This document shows, piece by piece, positions 26,601-35,881 of a stretch of 64,000 nucleotides of DNA (position 1 is the first letter of the stretch; the number at the start of each line of letters is the position of its first letter). A program made the position numbers and the translations under genes. Origin of the DNA: an uncultured Pirellulales bacterium. Lineage in GTDB: Bacteria > Planctomycetota > Phycisphaerae > Sedimentisphaerales > SM23-30. Location: positions 2,135 to 66,134 of the forward strand of contig CAYZXY010000010.1 in the NCBI GenBank assembly GCA_964482555.1, read 5' to 3'. Under the pieces are notes generated by a model. The model had not been told where the DNA came from and did not search any database. It saw nothing but the letters and a program-made list of their open reading frames with translations.

Positions 26601-27976
26601 ATGGTGAAGTCATCCTATACGATGACAAAAATCGCGAGCTAGAGCGATACAAAGTGCCGTATGGTTCGACGCTTTTTGTGGAAGAAGGCAGCCAGGTTAA
26701 TCTTGGCGATCCGATGTTCGAATGGGACCCGCACAGCGTACCGATTCTTTCCGAAGCATCCGGTATTGTCCGGTTCCAGGATATCGAAGAAGGTGAAACC
26801 ATCCGGACCGAAATCGAAGCCGGCGGCAAGATCAGACGGCCGGTGGTTATCGAGCATAAAGGCGAGAAACATCCCCGTATTGTCATCGAGGATGAGGAAG
26901 GCCGTATTCTGGACTTCCACTATCTGCCGGCCAAGGCCCGTATTCAGGTGGAAGAAGGCAAGAAAATTCATGCCGGTGTGCTGCTGGCTCAGCAGCCCCG
27001 GGCGATTGGCGGTACCCAGGATATCACCGGCGGTCTGCCTCGTGTTACGGAAGTATTCGAAGCCCGCAAACCGAAAGAACCGGCCGCCATGGCCGAAATC
27101 TCCGGTCAGGTCGAGCTCCGCAGCGATAAGCGCCGCGGCAAGATGACCATCAGCGTCAAATCAGAATCCGGCATGGAAGTGGAACACCACGTGCCGCATG
27201 ATAAACACCTGCTGGTGCATTCCGGTGATTATGTTGAAGCGGGCGATCCGCTGACCGACGGTCCGCTGATCCCGCACGATATCCTGCGTATTCGCGGTGA
27301 GGAAACCCTGCAGCATTATCTGCTGATGGAAATCCAGAACGTTTACCGGGCACAGAAGCAGACCATTAACGATAAACATATAGAAATCGTTGTGTCTCAG
27401 ATGCTTCGAAAAGTCAAAATCGATAACGCCGGCGACACCGAACTGCTGCCGGGCGATATCGTCGATAAATTCGTGTTCCGCCATGCTAATGATAAAATTG
27501 CCCACAGTATCAAGATCAGCAATCCCGGCGACTCCGATCTCAAGGAAGGTCAGGTCATGACCCGCGAAGAACTTGAGAAAGTCAATGATCCGATACACGC
27601 TATCGGCGGGGATCTGGCGGAAGGCAAAAAATGCCGGCCCGCAACGGGTACGACCATGTTGCTGGGAATTACCAAGGCTTCGCTGCAATCGGAAAGTTTC
27701 GTTTCGGCGGCCAGTTTCCAGGAAACCACACGGGTGCTTACCGAAGCGGGCATTTCCGGTAAAGTGGATCAGTTGATGGGCCTGAAGGAAAATGTTATTC
27801 TGGGCCATCTGATACCGGCCGGAACCGCCTTCAAGCCTTATCTGGACATTGTTATCAAGCATACTGCCAAGCCACCGACACCGGCGGAACTGGAAACCAA
27901 GGAGTTGACCGAGCAGGAAACCGAAGAAGCACGTGCCGAAGCGGCAGTAAAAGAAGCTTTAGGCTTGAAAGATTAA
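23690..27976 (+). CDS. rpoC: DNA-directed RNA polymerase subunit beta'
   Basis: The 1428-aa ORF has a Zn-binding N-terminus (CACGKYKG...CDRCGV) and the catalytic motif NADFDGDQM. Confidence 0.98.
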   Translation: MVESIYDRINDYGSVRISLASPNDIRSWSFGEVRKPETINYRTYRPEKDGLFCERIFGPERDWECACGKYKGTKFKGIICDRCGVKVTHSRVRRKRMGHINLAAPVVHIWFFKAMPSRLANILDMKTADLEKLVYFQDYIVTDPGPTQLKPKQLLSEDEYRRALETYGETFTAEMGAEAVRSMLNSLDMNEEVRKLREDLDKTNSQQKSKEISKRLKIIESLRQSDNDPNWMVMDVIPVIPPDLRPLVLLESGNFATSDLNDLYRRIINRNNRLKKLVDLNAPEVIIRNEKRMLQQAVDALFDNGRCRRPVLGSSNRPLKSLTDMIKGKQGRFRENLLGKRVDYSARSVIVVGPELKLYQCGLPKKIALELYQPFIIRQLKERGMADTIKSAKKMLERREEGVFDVLEDVIRHHPVMLNRAPTLHRMGIQAFEPVLIEGNAIQLHPLVCKGFNADFDGDQMAVHLPLSVEAQVEAHTLMLAATNIFSPANGSPIMSPSQDVVLGNFYITLSCEKEKGEGMIFSSPQEAMMAYDFGKVTLQSKVKVRLPRHKRAIDKDSNLSEPGVLIETTPGRCFFNDSLPEAMHFYNFPQGSKGLSRVISDVFRVAGKDKTIDLLDTIKEQGFKYATRAGLSMSITDLRIPAKKQEIIDTTQKRVDMIEDHYAAGALTDGERKNQVIDAWTHARVQVTNEMMRELEEDERDGKPYLNPVYLMTESGARGRIDQIQQLAGMRALMAKPSGEIIETPIKSNFREGLKVLEYFSSTHGARKGLADTALKTADSGYLTRKLADVCQNVIVNEHDCGTLQGITKSAIYQGEQISIPLRNLTIGRIARDTIRNPITDECIVNENEIITNEIAKKIEELGLDSIRVRSPMTCESPLGTCALCYGVDMSSGRLVEEGLAVGIIAAQSIGEPGTQLTMRTFHTGGIAERTVMEHQTRATAAGTVRHSGLNVVAVPAEDGTTKLVALKRNGEVILYDDKNRELERYKVPYGSTLFVEEGSQVNLGDPMFEWDPHSVPILSEASGIVRFQDIEEGETIRTEIEAGGKIRRPVVIEHKGEKHPRIVIEDEEGRILDFHYLPAKARIQVEEGKKIHAGVLLAQQPRAIGGTQDITGGLPRVTEVFEARKPKEPAAMAEISGQVELRSDKRRGKMTISVKSESGMEVEHHVPHDKHLLVHSGDYVEAGDPLTDGPLIPHDILRIRGEETLQHYLLMEIQNVYRAQKQTINDKHIEIVVSQMLRKVKIDNAGDTELLPGDIVDKFVFRHANDKIAHSIKISNPGDSDLKEGQVMTREELEKVNDPIHAIGGDLAEGKKCRPATGTTMLLGITKASLQSESFVSAASFQETTRVLTEAGISGKVDQLMGLKENVILGHLIPAGTAFKPYLDIVIKHTAKPPTPAELETKELTEQETEEARAEAAVKEALGLKD

Positions 27977-28026
27977 AAGAAAACAGTTATAAATATGCTT
28001 TACTTGATATATGGAGTTTAATTTTT

Positions 28027-28398
28027 ATGCCAACTGTCAATCAGCTTATTAGAAAAGGCCGTAAAAAGGTAATCAAAAAGTCGCGTACGACTGACTTGCA
28101 GAATTGTCCGCAAAAACGGGGCGTGTGTCTTCAGGTCAAAACCCAGACGCCCAAGAAACCGAATTCCGCTCTGCGAAAAGTAGCCCGTGTCCGTCTTAGT
28201 AACGGCCGGGAGGTAACGGCTTACATCCCTGGAATTGACCATAACCTCCAGGAACACAGCATAGTCGTAATCCGCGGCGGCAGGGTACGTGACCTTCCGG
28301 GTGTACGTTATCATATCGTCCGCGGTGTACTCGATACGATGGGCGTGGCAAATCGTAAACAAGGCCGCAGTAAATACGGCGCTAAACGGGGCAAGTAA
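28027..28398 (+). CDS. rpsL: 30S ribosomal protein S12
   Basis: [12 protein letters not shown]...[19 protein letters not shown] matches S12. Confidence 0.98.
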   Translation: MPTVNQLIRKGRKKVIKKSRTTDLQNCPQKRGVCLQVKTQTPKKPNSALRKVARVRLSNGREVTAYIPGIDHNLQEHSIVVIRGGRVRDLPGVRYHIVRGVLDTMGVANRKQGRSKYGAKRGK

Positions 28399-28468
28399 AG
28401 CGAAATTTGAATGATAGTTAATTGTTTATAAAATAAGTATTTATAATTATATCGGAGATACAGAAACC

Positions 28469-28942
28469 ATGCCAAGACGTTTTACAGCTTCTGCCAAACA
28501 ACTCAGGCCCGACCCTGTTCACGGCAGTGTTTTAATGTCGAAGTTCGTGAATTCCATGATGTGGGACGGAAAGAAAAGCACCTCTCATCGCATCATGTAC
28601 AATACGTTGAACATTCTCAGCAAACGCATTAAAGACACCCCGCCAGCTGAAATCTTTGAAACGGCTGTAAATAATGTCAAGCCGCTCATCGAGGTTCGCA
28701 GTAAACGTGTCGGTGGTTCGACCTACCAGGTTCCCATGCAGGTAAAGTCAAAGCGTCAACAGACGTTAGCTATTCGCTGGATTCTGGCCGCGGCACGCGC
28801 TAAAAAAGGTAAGCCCATGTCCGTGCGGCTTGCTGATGAGCTGACAAACGCCTTCAACAAAGAAGGTACTGCCATGACTACTCGAGAAAACGTTCATAGA
28901 ATGGCGGAAGCGAATAAGGCTTTTGCGCATTTTGCATGGTAA
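28469..28942 (+). CDS. rpsG: 30S ribosomal protein S7
   Basis: MPRR...[23 protein letters not shown]...[19 protein letters not shown] matches S7. Confidence 0.97.
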   Translation: MPRRFTASAKQLRPDPVHGSVLMSKFVNSMMWDGKKSTSHRIMYNTLNILSKRIKDTPPAEIFETAVNNVKPLIEVRSKRVGGSTYQVPMQVKSKRQQTLAIRWILAAARAKKGKPMSVRLADELTNAFNKEGTAMTTRENVHRMAEANKAFAHFAW

Positions 28943-28955
28943 TTTATCGTTTTTT

Positions 28956-29000
28956 AAGCCACAATCGGGCAGTTTTATGGCCTTGTTGTGGCTTTTTTTG
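28956..29000 (+). terminator. Intrinsic terminator/attenuator between rpsG and fusA
   Basis: AAGCCACAA (28956-28964) pairs perfectly with TTGTGGCTT (28986-28994). The 3' arm runs into a 7-T run at 28993-28999. Confidence 0.65.
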
Positions 29001-29089
29001 TTGTTTTGTTATTTCTTATTTTGTTAACAATACATTAAGTTGTGTTTACTGCTAAGTTTTAACCATGAAACCAGACAAAACGTTATAAA

Positions 29090-31165
29090 ATGGACCTGAA
29101 AAAGCTAAGAAATATCGGAATAATGGCCCATATTGACGCCGGGAAAACCACGGTTACCGAGCGAATACTGTTTTTTACCGGGCGTACCCACAAAATTGGC
29201 GAAGTGCATGACGGCACGGCGGTTATGGATTATCTGGAAGAGGAGCAGCAGCGTGGTATTACCATTACTTCCGCCGCGACAACGTGTCCCTGGAAGGACT
29301 ATACGATTAATCTGATTGATACGCCGGGGCATGTGGATTTTACGGTGGAGGTTGAGCGGTCGCTTTGCGTGCTGGATGGTGCGGTGGCGGTTTTTGACGC
29401 CAGCGAGGGAGTACAGGCCCAATCGGAAACCGTCTGGCGTCAGGCCGAGAAATACAACGTTCCCCGCATATGTTTTATTAATAAAATGGACAAAATCGGG
29501 GCGGATTTTGAGATGTCGCTGGAGAGTTTGCGGGAGAAATTGCTGGCGTCGCCGGTACCGGTTCAGATTCCGACGGGTTCACAGGATGATTTCGACGGTT
29601 TTATCGATTTTCTGGAGATGAAACAATACCTTTTCAAGGCCGATAAGGTCGGTGCGAGTTATGAGGTTCTTGAAATACCGGCGGCATTTCAGGAAGCCGC
29701 GGAAAAGGGTCGTCAGCGGATGATCGAAATCGCGGCGGACTTCGATGAAAAAGTCATGGAGAAATATCTGCTGGAAGAGCCATTATCGCGCGATGAGATT
29801 GTGGCGGCGTTGCGGAAGGGTACGCTGGAGAATAAATGTCATCCGACATTGTGCGGGGCGGCCTTGAAGAGTATTGGTTCGAGGAAGCTGCTGGACGCGG
29901 TGCTGGATTTTCTTCCCAGTCCGCTGGATCGCGGCATTGTCAAAGGGCATGTTCCGAAACATTCCGATAAGCCGATTGACCTGACATGTGATCCTGAGGG
30001 GCCGCTGGCAGCGATGGCATTCAAGATCGTTTCCGATCAGCACGGCGACATGACATACGCCCGCATATATTCGGGCAGTCTGGGAGCGGGTACCCGGGTG
30101 CTCAACAGCACCCGCGACCGGAAGGAAAACGTCACCAAGATTTTCCGCATGCATGCCAATTCGCGTCAGAGTCTGGACAAGGCCGTCGCGGGCGATATAG
30201 TGGCGTTGATCGGATTGAAGCAGAGTCTGACCGGGGATACGATCTGTTCGCCCAAAAATCCGGTCGAACTGGAGCGGATCAAGTTTCCCGAGCCGGTTAT
30301 ATCGCTGTCGATCGAGCCGCGAACCGCCGGCGAGAGAAATAAGCTGGCCGAAGCTTTAGAGATACTTAAGCGGGAGGATCCGACGTTCAAGGCGGAATTC
30401 CGCGAGGAAACCGGGCAAACTATCATCAGCGGTATGGGGGAGCTGCATCTGGAGATTCTGCAGCATAAGCTGGTACGTGATATGAAGCTGGATATTCTGG
30501 TCGGCCGTCCGCGCGTGTCGTACAAGGAAACGGTGTCCCAGGTTGGCCGGGGCGAAGGGAAATTCGAAAAACAGACCGGCGGTCGCGGCCAATACGGTCA
30601 TGTCATTCTGGAAGTCGAGCCGTATCAGCCCGGCAAGGATGATGAAACAACGGTTGTCATTGAAGATCACATTTCCGGCGGCGATATTCCGAAGGAGTTC
30701 CTCCCGCCGATCATGGAAGCCATAGAGGGTTCGGCTGGTTCGGGCATTCTGGCGGGGTATCAGATCATTAATATCAAAGTGCGGTTAATCGGCGGTTCCT
30801 TTCACGAAACGGATTCTTCGGATATCGCGTTTCAGCAGGCCGGGGTTATCGCTTTCGAAGATGCACTCAGGAACGCAAAGTCAATTATGCTGGAACCGAT
30901 CATGAAGCTGCAGGTGGTGACGCCGGAGAAATTTTACGGCGCCGTGCAGGGCGATCTGACGCGCAAGCGGGCGATTATCAACAAGACCGAGCAGCGGGGC
31001 GAAGTGCGGATCATCAGTGCCCGGGTGCCGCTGGCGGAGATGTTCGGCTATGCCTCGGACCTGCGGAGCAGCACGCAGGGTCGGGCGAGTTATACGATGG
31101 AGCCGGCCGAATACAGTCCGATGCCGGAGCAGTTGGCGCAGAAGGTGATTGAGACGAGCTATTAG
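29090..31165 (+). CDS. fusA: Elongation factor G
   Basis: The 691-aa ORF has AHIDAGKTT and DTPGHVDF motifs and EF-G domain IV/V sequence. Confidence 0.97.
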   Translation: MDLKKLRNIGIMAHIDAGKTTVTERILFFTGRTHKIGEVHDGTAVMDYLEEEQQRGITITSAATTCPWKDYTINLIDTPGHVDFTVEVERSLCVLDGAVAVFDASEGVQAQSETVWRQAEKYNVPRICFINKMDKIGADFEMSLESLREKLLASPVPVQIPTGSQDDFDGFIDFLEMKQYLFKADKVGASYEVLEIPAAFQEAAEKGRQRMIEIAADFDEKVMEKYLLEEPLSRDEIVAALRKGTLENKCHPTLCGAALKSIGSRKLLDAVLDFLPSPLDRGIVKGHVPKHSDKPIDLTCDPEGPLAAMAFKIVSDQHGDMTYARIYSGSLGAGTRVLNSTRDRKENVTKIFRMHANSRQSLDKAVAGDIVALIGLKQSLTGDTICSPKNPVELERIKFPEPVISLSIEPRTAGERNKLAEALEILKREDPTFKAEFREETGQTIISGMGELHLEILQHKLVRDMKLDILVGRPRVSYKETVSQVGRGEGKFEKQTGGRGQYGHVILEVEPYQPGKDDETTVVIEDHISGGDIPKEFLPPIMEAIEGSAGSGILAGYQIINIKVRLIGGSFHETDSSDIAFQQAGVIAFEDALRNAKSIMLEPIMKLQVVTPEKFYGAVQGDLTRKRAIINKTEQRGEVRIISARVPLAEMFGYASDLRSSTQGRASYTMEPAEYSPMPEQLAQKVIETSY

Positions 31166-31460
31166 ATAGAAGTGAAACCACGAATTTCACAGGGGGCAAG
31201 GCGAGCGTTAAGTGGAATCGGGGTATAGGGTTCTGGTTTTCGGGTATAGTCCCAGATGAACCACCAAGACACGAGGGCTCTAAGATAATCAAGGTAATCA
31301 CGAAGATGTATGATTGATCGAGATTTAGCGGCAAAGGGCAGGAGGCACAAGAAATGTTTTTTTGGGGGGATAGAGATCCCTTTAAGTCTTGAGGGCCTAA
31401 AAAGACGAGAAAGGTTGAGGGGTATTTTGGGGAAAATCAGGAGATTTTTTTGGCAAAGGG

Positions 31461-31489
31461 TTGACAAGGGGAAATGAAATGGCTATATT
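31461..31489 (+). promoter_or_regulatory. Candidate sigma70 promoter (distal) in the fusA-rpsJ spacer
   Basis: TTGACA (31461-31466), a 17-nt spacer, then TATATT (31484-31489). Confidence 0.4.
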
Positions 31490-31706
31490 GGTCGAATCAA
31501 CTGGAAGCGAGCGGTTGTCACGGAAGCGGCCGCGTTAGTGTAAGTTGAATTCTTACCTAGACTTAGCTCATGGATGGGAGATGAGTTATCACTAATCATC
31601 GCTGATGCGAAGCCATTATTTGTTTTGGCTTTTCCGGTTGTTTATATTCATAAATTCCAGAAATAATTTTTCTGACAAAAAATTAATAAATAATTAAGAA
31701 AAATTG

Positions 31707-31735
31707 TTGACGCGGCTGGTGAAACAGGTATCATT
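31707..31735 (+). promoter_or_regulatory. Candidate sigma70 promoter (proximal) for the S10 operon
   Basis: TTGACG, a 17-nt spacer, then ATCATT, preceded by an A/T-rich UP-like tract (31660-31705). It lies about 110 nt upstream of rpsJ. Confidence 0.3.
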
Positions 31736-31848
31736 GCTGGTCTGTTTAATTTACGGCCCAAAAGCCGGTGGCAGATGGAACTTTCTGGGAGACAAGCTGT
31801 TACAGGTATTGTTGACCGGCCGGGAGCCCGGCCAAGAGGAGTCTTTTT

Positions 31849-32157
31849 GTGGAAGCCGAAAGAATAAGAATACGAATGGAAGCCTATGATCACGGGGCGC
31901 TGGATGCATCAGCCCGTGAGATAGTGGATCAGGCCAGCCGGACCAATGCTCGCGTGAGCGGTCCGATCCCGCTGCCGACGCGTATTGAGCGTTATACGGT
32001 GCTGCGATCGCCGCACATTGACAAAAAATCGCGTGAACAGTTTGAAATCCGTACGCACAAGCGTCTGATTGACATTTACGAAGCGAACCCTCGTACGGTC
32101 GAGGCATTAAATCGTCTGGTAGTACCTGCGGGTGTGTTTGTGAAAATCAGAGTTTGA
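31849..32157 (+). CDS. rpsJ: 30S ribosomal protein S10
   Basis: GTG start with AGGAG about 9 nt upstream. [14 protein letters not shown]...GPIPLPT...[24 protein letters not shown] matches S10. Confidence 0.95.
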   Translation: MEAERIRIRMEAYDHGALDASAREIVDQASRTNARVSGPIPLPTRIERYTVLRSPHIDKKSREQFEIRTHKRLIDIYEANPRTVEALNRLVVPAGVFVKIRV

Positions 32158-32243
32158 CCGAGATACCGGCGAAACGTGCATATATCCTGATATTGCACGT
32201 TTTTTCTTTGTTTGAAGAACTGATAATTAAGGTAAAGAAGACC

Positions 32244-32885
32244 ATGATGTTATTAGGTAAAAAAATTGGTATGACGCGGCTTTATAATGATGACGGCCGC
32301 ATCGAGCCGGTTACGATCATTCAGGCGGGTCCCTGTACGGTGATGCAGGTGAAGAATGAGGAAACAGATGGTTATCATGCCTTGCAGATTGGTTTTGAGG
32401 ATGTCAAGCCTCAGTTGCGAAAGAAGCCTCAGATTGGTCATGCCAAAAAGGTTGATGCCACGGTGAAGCGTCATGTGAAGGAATTACGGCTGAGCGAACC
32501 GTCAGTCACGGAAGCCGGGGCGGAGCTGACAGTCAAGGTATTTGAAGAATCGCGATATGTGGATATTACGGGGGTGACCAAAGGCAAGGGGTTTGCCGGC
32601 GTCATGAAGCGTCATGGGTTTAAGGGTATGTCGGCTTCGCACGGTACTGAGCGGAAACACCGTCACCCGGGTGGTATTGGTTCCAACTCTGGAAGCGCCG
32701 GTATGAGCCGGGGTATTCGTAAAGGCAAGAAGATGGGCGGTCACATGGGTCATGAGCGCTGCACCTCTCGTAATCATAAGGTTATCAGGCTGGACGAAGA
32801 AAACAATCTGATCATTGTGAAAGGTCCGGTGCCGGGTCCGCGAAACGGTCTGGTCATGGTACGAACATCTAAAACGAAACAATAA
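32244..32885 (+). CDS. rplC: 50S ribosomal protein L3
   Basis: MMLLGKKIGMTRLY... is a canonical L3 N-terminus. The listed ORF start at 32154 adds 30 non-L3 residues and overlaps the rpsJ stop. Confidence 0.93.
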   Translation: MMLLGKKIGMTRLYNDDGRIEPVTIIQAGPCTVMQVKNEETDGYHALQIGFEDVKPQLRKKPQIGHAKKVDATVKRHVKELRLSEPSVTEAGAELTVKVFEESRYVDITGVTKGKGFAGVMKRHGFKGMSASHGTERKHRHPGGIGSNSGSAGMSRGIRKGKKMGGHMGHERCTSRNHKVIRLDEENNLIIVKGPVPGPRNGLVMVRTSKTKQ

Positions 32886-32906
32886 TAACGCTAACGGTAA
32901 TGAATT

Positions 32907-33560
32907 ATGATAGAGTTGCCCGTTTATAATCGAGAAGGACAGGAAGTCGATCGCATGCAGATCGACGAGGCCCTGCTGGGTGAGAAGGTCCGGCATAGCC
33001 TGTTAAAGCAGGCGTTGGTGATGTACCATGCGAATCGTCGCGTGGGAACGGCCAGCACGAAGAGCCGGAGTCTGGTAGCCGGTTCGACCCGGAAGCTGTA
33101 TCGTCAGAAGGGTACGGGGCGGGCCCGGATGGGAGCCAACCGTACAGTGGTGCGTAAAGGCGGCGGCGTGGCATTTGCCAAGAAGGCCCGAGATTTTTCC
33201 CTGCGGATGCCGAAGAAGCAGCGTCGCATGGCGCGTAATTCGGCGATTCTGGCCAAGCTGCAAAGCAACGACGCCATCGTGATTGACAAGTTGGAGTTTG
33301 ACGCCCCCCGGACGAAGGATTTTGTCGGTATTCTGGACAACCTCAAGGTGGACAAGGGCCGCAGTTGCCTGGTGGCCATGGATGATTACAATGTCAATGC
33401 GATCAAATCGCTGCGGAATATACCGCGGGTAGATGCGATGGAAGTGGATCAGTTGAATGCCGGCGACATTTGCAACCGCCGGAAGATTCTGTTTACCTTG
33501 AATGCCTTGAACATATTCCTGGATTCCTGCAGGCAGAACAATGGCGAGACGCCGGAATGA
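32907..33560 (+). CDS. rplD: 50S ribosomal protein L4
   Basis: The L4 motif KGTGRARMGANRTVVRKGGGVAFA is present and gene order fits. Confidence 0.95.
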   Translation: MIELPVYNREGQEVDRMQIDEALLGEKVRHSLLKQALVMYHANRRVGTASTKSRSLVAGSTRKLYRQKGTGRARMGANRTVVRKGGGVAFAKKARDFSLRMPKKQRRMARNSAILAKLQSNDAIVIDKLEFDAPRTKDFVGILDNLKVDKGRSCLVAMDDYNVNAIKSLRNIPRVDAMEVDQLNAGDICNRRKILFTLNALNIFLDSCRQNNGETPE

Positions 33561-33647
33561 GAATTTCCGCCAGGGCCAAACGCGAGTGTTTTATCCGCAC
33601 TTAATTACGTTGGGGCCCAACGAAATAATTCAATCGTAACGAGTATA
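33557..33647 (+). repeat. R105 repeat, B-like, 5'-truncated; overlaps the rplD stop codon
   Basis: ATGAGAATTTCCGCCAGGGCCAAACGCGAG...TTATCCGCACTTAATTACGTTGGGGCCCAACGAAATAATTCAATCGTAACGAGTATA. The TATACCC...GGGTA head is missing. Confidence 0.75.
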
Positions 33648-33667
33648 GAAGACGAGAGGACCGAGCC

Positions 33668-33946
33668 GTGGATAAATATCAAGTGATCATCAAACCGCTG
33701 GTTACAGAGCAGGGCACGCATCAGGCGCGAACTCTGAACGCGTATCCGTTCCAGGTGCACACCAAAGCCAATAAAACGGAAATCAAGCTGGCGATTGAGA
33801 AGATTTATAATGTCAAGGTTGAGGAAGTACGTACCGCCAACCGGAAGGGCAAGCCTCGTCGTCGCGGATATATCCGCAGTACCACATCGAATTGGAAGAA
33901 GGCAGTCGTTAAGCTGCAAGAAGACCATCATATTGATTTGTTCTAA
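33668..33946 (+). CDS. rplW: 50S ribosomal protein L23
   Basis: GTG start. KPLVTEQGT...FQVHTKANKTEIKLAIEKIYNVKVEEVRT matches L23. Confidence 0.93.
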   Translation: MDKYQVIIKPLVTEQGTHQARTLNAYPFQVHTKANKTEIKLAIEKIYNVKVEEVRTANRKGKPRRRGYIRSTTSNWKKAVVKLQEDHHIDLF

Positions 33947-33999
33947 TGAAGATATTAATATAGACGCACAGGCGTAACTGCAAAAACAGTGAGACTCTT

Positions 34000-34851
34000 A
34001 TGCCAATTAAAGTATATAAACCAACGAGTAACGGCCGCAGAAATTCTTCGGTAAACGCCTATACCGAATTGACGAAGGATCATCCGGAAAAGTCGCTGAC
34101 CAAGCGTATCAAGAAGACCGGCGGGCGGAATCACAGCGGTAAGACGACGGTCCGTTTCCGTGGAGGCGGTGCGAGGAAGAAATATCGCATTATCGATTTC
34201 AAACGGAACAAGGACGGCATGACGGCGACGGTCGCGGCGATCGAATACGATCCCAATCGCACCTGTTTTATCGCGTTGCTGGAATATCAGGACGGTGAAA
34301 AGCGTTATATGCTGGCACCGCAGGGCTTGCGGGTTGGCGAGATTGTGGAAAGCGGCCGGAAGGTCGAACCGAAAACCGGTAACTGTATGCCTCTGGCTTC
34401 GATACCCGTGGGGCTGGAAGTTCACAATATTGAAATGAATCCCGGGCAGGGCGGCAAGATGGTTCGTTCCGCCGGGGCGGTGGCCCGCCTGGGAGCCAAA
34501 GATAACGGAATGGCCCATATTATCTTGCCCAGCGGTGAAATGCGTATGGTGTCGTTAAAGTGCCGGGCGACTATCGGTCAGATCGGCAATACGGATCATC
34601 AGAATGTTTCGATAGGTAAAGCCGGTCGCAAGCGTCATATGGGCCGACGTCCACATGTCCGCGGCAAGGCGATGAACCCTGTCGCGCATCCGATGGGCGG
34701 TGGTGAAGGCCGCTCGAACGGCGGTCGTCATCCCTGTTCGCCGACGGGAGTGCTGGCCAAGGGCGGCAAAACGCGTAGTGCGCGAAAAACGAGCGGCAAA
34801 TGGATTATTCGTCGTAGAAAGAGTAAACGTTACGGGCAGCTGGTACTGTAA
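34000..34851 (+). CDS. rplB: 50S ribosomal protein L2
   Basis: [14 protein letters not shown]...[13 protein letters not shown] matches L2. Confidence 0.97.
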   Translation: MPIKVYKPTSNGRRNSSVNAYTELTKDHPEKSLTKRIKKTGGRNHSGKTTVRFRGGGARKKYRIIDFKRNKDGMTATVAAIEYDPNRTCFIALLEYQDGEKRYMLAPQGLRVGEIVESGRKVEPKTGNCMPLASIPVGLEVHNIEMNPGQGGKMVRSAGAVARLGAKDNGMAHIILPSGEMRMVSLKCRATIGQIGNTDHQNVSIGKAGRKRHMGRRPHVRGKAMNPVAHPMGGGEGRSNGGRHPCSPTGVLAKGGKTRSARKTSGKWIIRRRKSKRYGQLVL

Positions 34852-34867
34852 AGCAGGATAATAAACG

Positions 34868-35137
34868 ATGGGACGATCATTAAAAAAAGGCCCTTTTGTA
34901 GATGAGAAACTCTTCCAGAAGGTCATGAAGCTGGATGAAGAAGGTAAACACGACGCGTTGAAGACCTGGGCTCGGCGCTGCACGATAGTGCCGGAATTTG
35001 TGGGCCATACATTTATGGTCTATAACGGCAAGGTGTTTAACAAAGTTTATGTCACCGAAGATATGGTGGGGCATAAACTGGGTGAGTTTTCGCCGACACG
35101 GATCTTCCGGGGTCATGCCGGCAGCAAGAAGAAGTAG
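34868..35137 (+). CDS. rpsS: 30S ribosomal protein S19
   Basis: [15 protein letters not shown]...[10 protein letters not shown]...[11 protein letters not shown] matches S19. Confidence 0.97.
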   Translation: MGRSLKKGPFVDEKLFQKVMKLDEEGKHDALKTWARRCTIVPEFVGHTFMVYNGKVFNKVYVTEDMVGHKLGEFSPTRIFRGHAGSKKK

Positions 35138-35138
35138 T

Positions 35139-35243
35139 TATACCCAAAGGGTATGAGAATTCCCGCCAGGGCCAGTCGTAAAGGCATTGCCCGCACATAG
35201 TCATGTTTTGACAAAACGGGAATTTTCAATTGGAACGAATATA
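35139..35243 (+). repeat. R105 interspersed repeat, subtype B
   Basis: TATACCCAAAGGGTATGAGAATTCCCGCCAGGGCCAGTCGTAAAGGCATTGCCCGCACATAGTCATGTTTTGACAAAACGGGAATTTTCAATTGGAACGAATATA. It starts 1 nt after the rpsS stop. Confidence 0.92.
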
Positions 35244-35283
35244 ATAAATGACAGTAAGCCTGGTGATAGATAGGTGAAAGCTT

Positions 35284-35853
35284 ATGTTAAGCGGTGAAAA
35301 ATTAAAGAAGTATCGCACGGACAGCGGGAAGACCGTAGAAGAGCTGGCAGAACATTTGTTGCCAGCGGGTTTGGAAGACGGGGAGCGTGACGTTCAGCTT
35401 AAGACGGCCGTTTCCAGCGTTAAAAACTGGGAACGCGGTCTTTACAAACCCCGGCCGACATCAAGAGAGTTGTCGCAGCTCGCACAAACACTGGGTGTCG
35501 AGCAATTGGATTTGCATGTATGGAAAGCCTCGCATAATCATTGTCCCATGGCGCCGCGGAAGGTGCGGCTGGTGGCAGATCTGATTCGCGGCCGGCATGT
35601 GCAGGATGCTCTGGATGTGTTGAAGTTTACGAATAAGCGGGCGGCCGTAATGGTGGACAAAGTGCTTCGCAGCGCGATTGCGAATGCGGATGAGAACGAA
35701 GCGAATATTGAACGGCTGTTTGTGTCGGAGTCGCGTGTGGATGAGGGCGGCGTTCGTCAGGGGACGCGTCGCTGGCGTCCGAAAGATCGCGGTCGGGCGG
35801 TGCCTTTCACCCGGTTGTCGAGTCATATACATGTCAGTGTGGATATGGAATAA
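35284..35853 (+). CDS. rplV: 50S ribosomal protein L22 with an in-frame ~75-aa N-terminal XRE-type HTH extension
   Basis: The C-terminal ~113 aa are canonical L22 ([41 protein letters not shown]...[22 protein letters not shown]). The N-terminal part reads [22 protein letters not shown]...[37 protein letters not shown] lies 7 nt upstream of the ATG at 35284. Confidence 0.85.
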   Translation: [189 protein letters not shown]

Positions 35854-35881
35854 TCCTGATTTAAGAGATTGAGGTTTATAT

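Noticed and set aside
32154-32243. The extended N-terminus of rplC in the listed ORF (30 extra residues overlapping the rpsJ stop).
   Set aside because: The extra residues ([30 protein letters not shown]) are not L3-like, and the canonical L3 N-terminus MMLLGKKIGMTRL starts at 32244.
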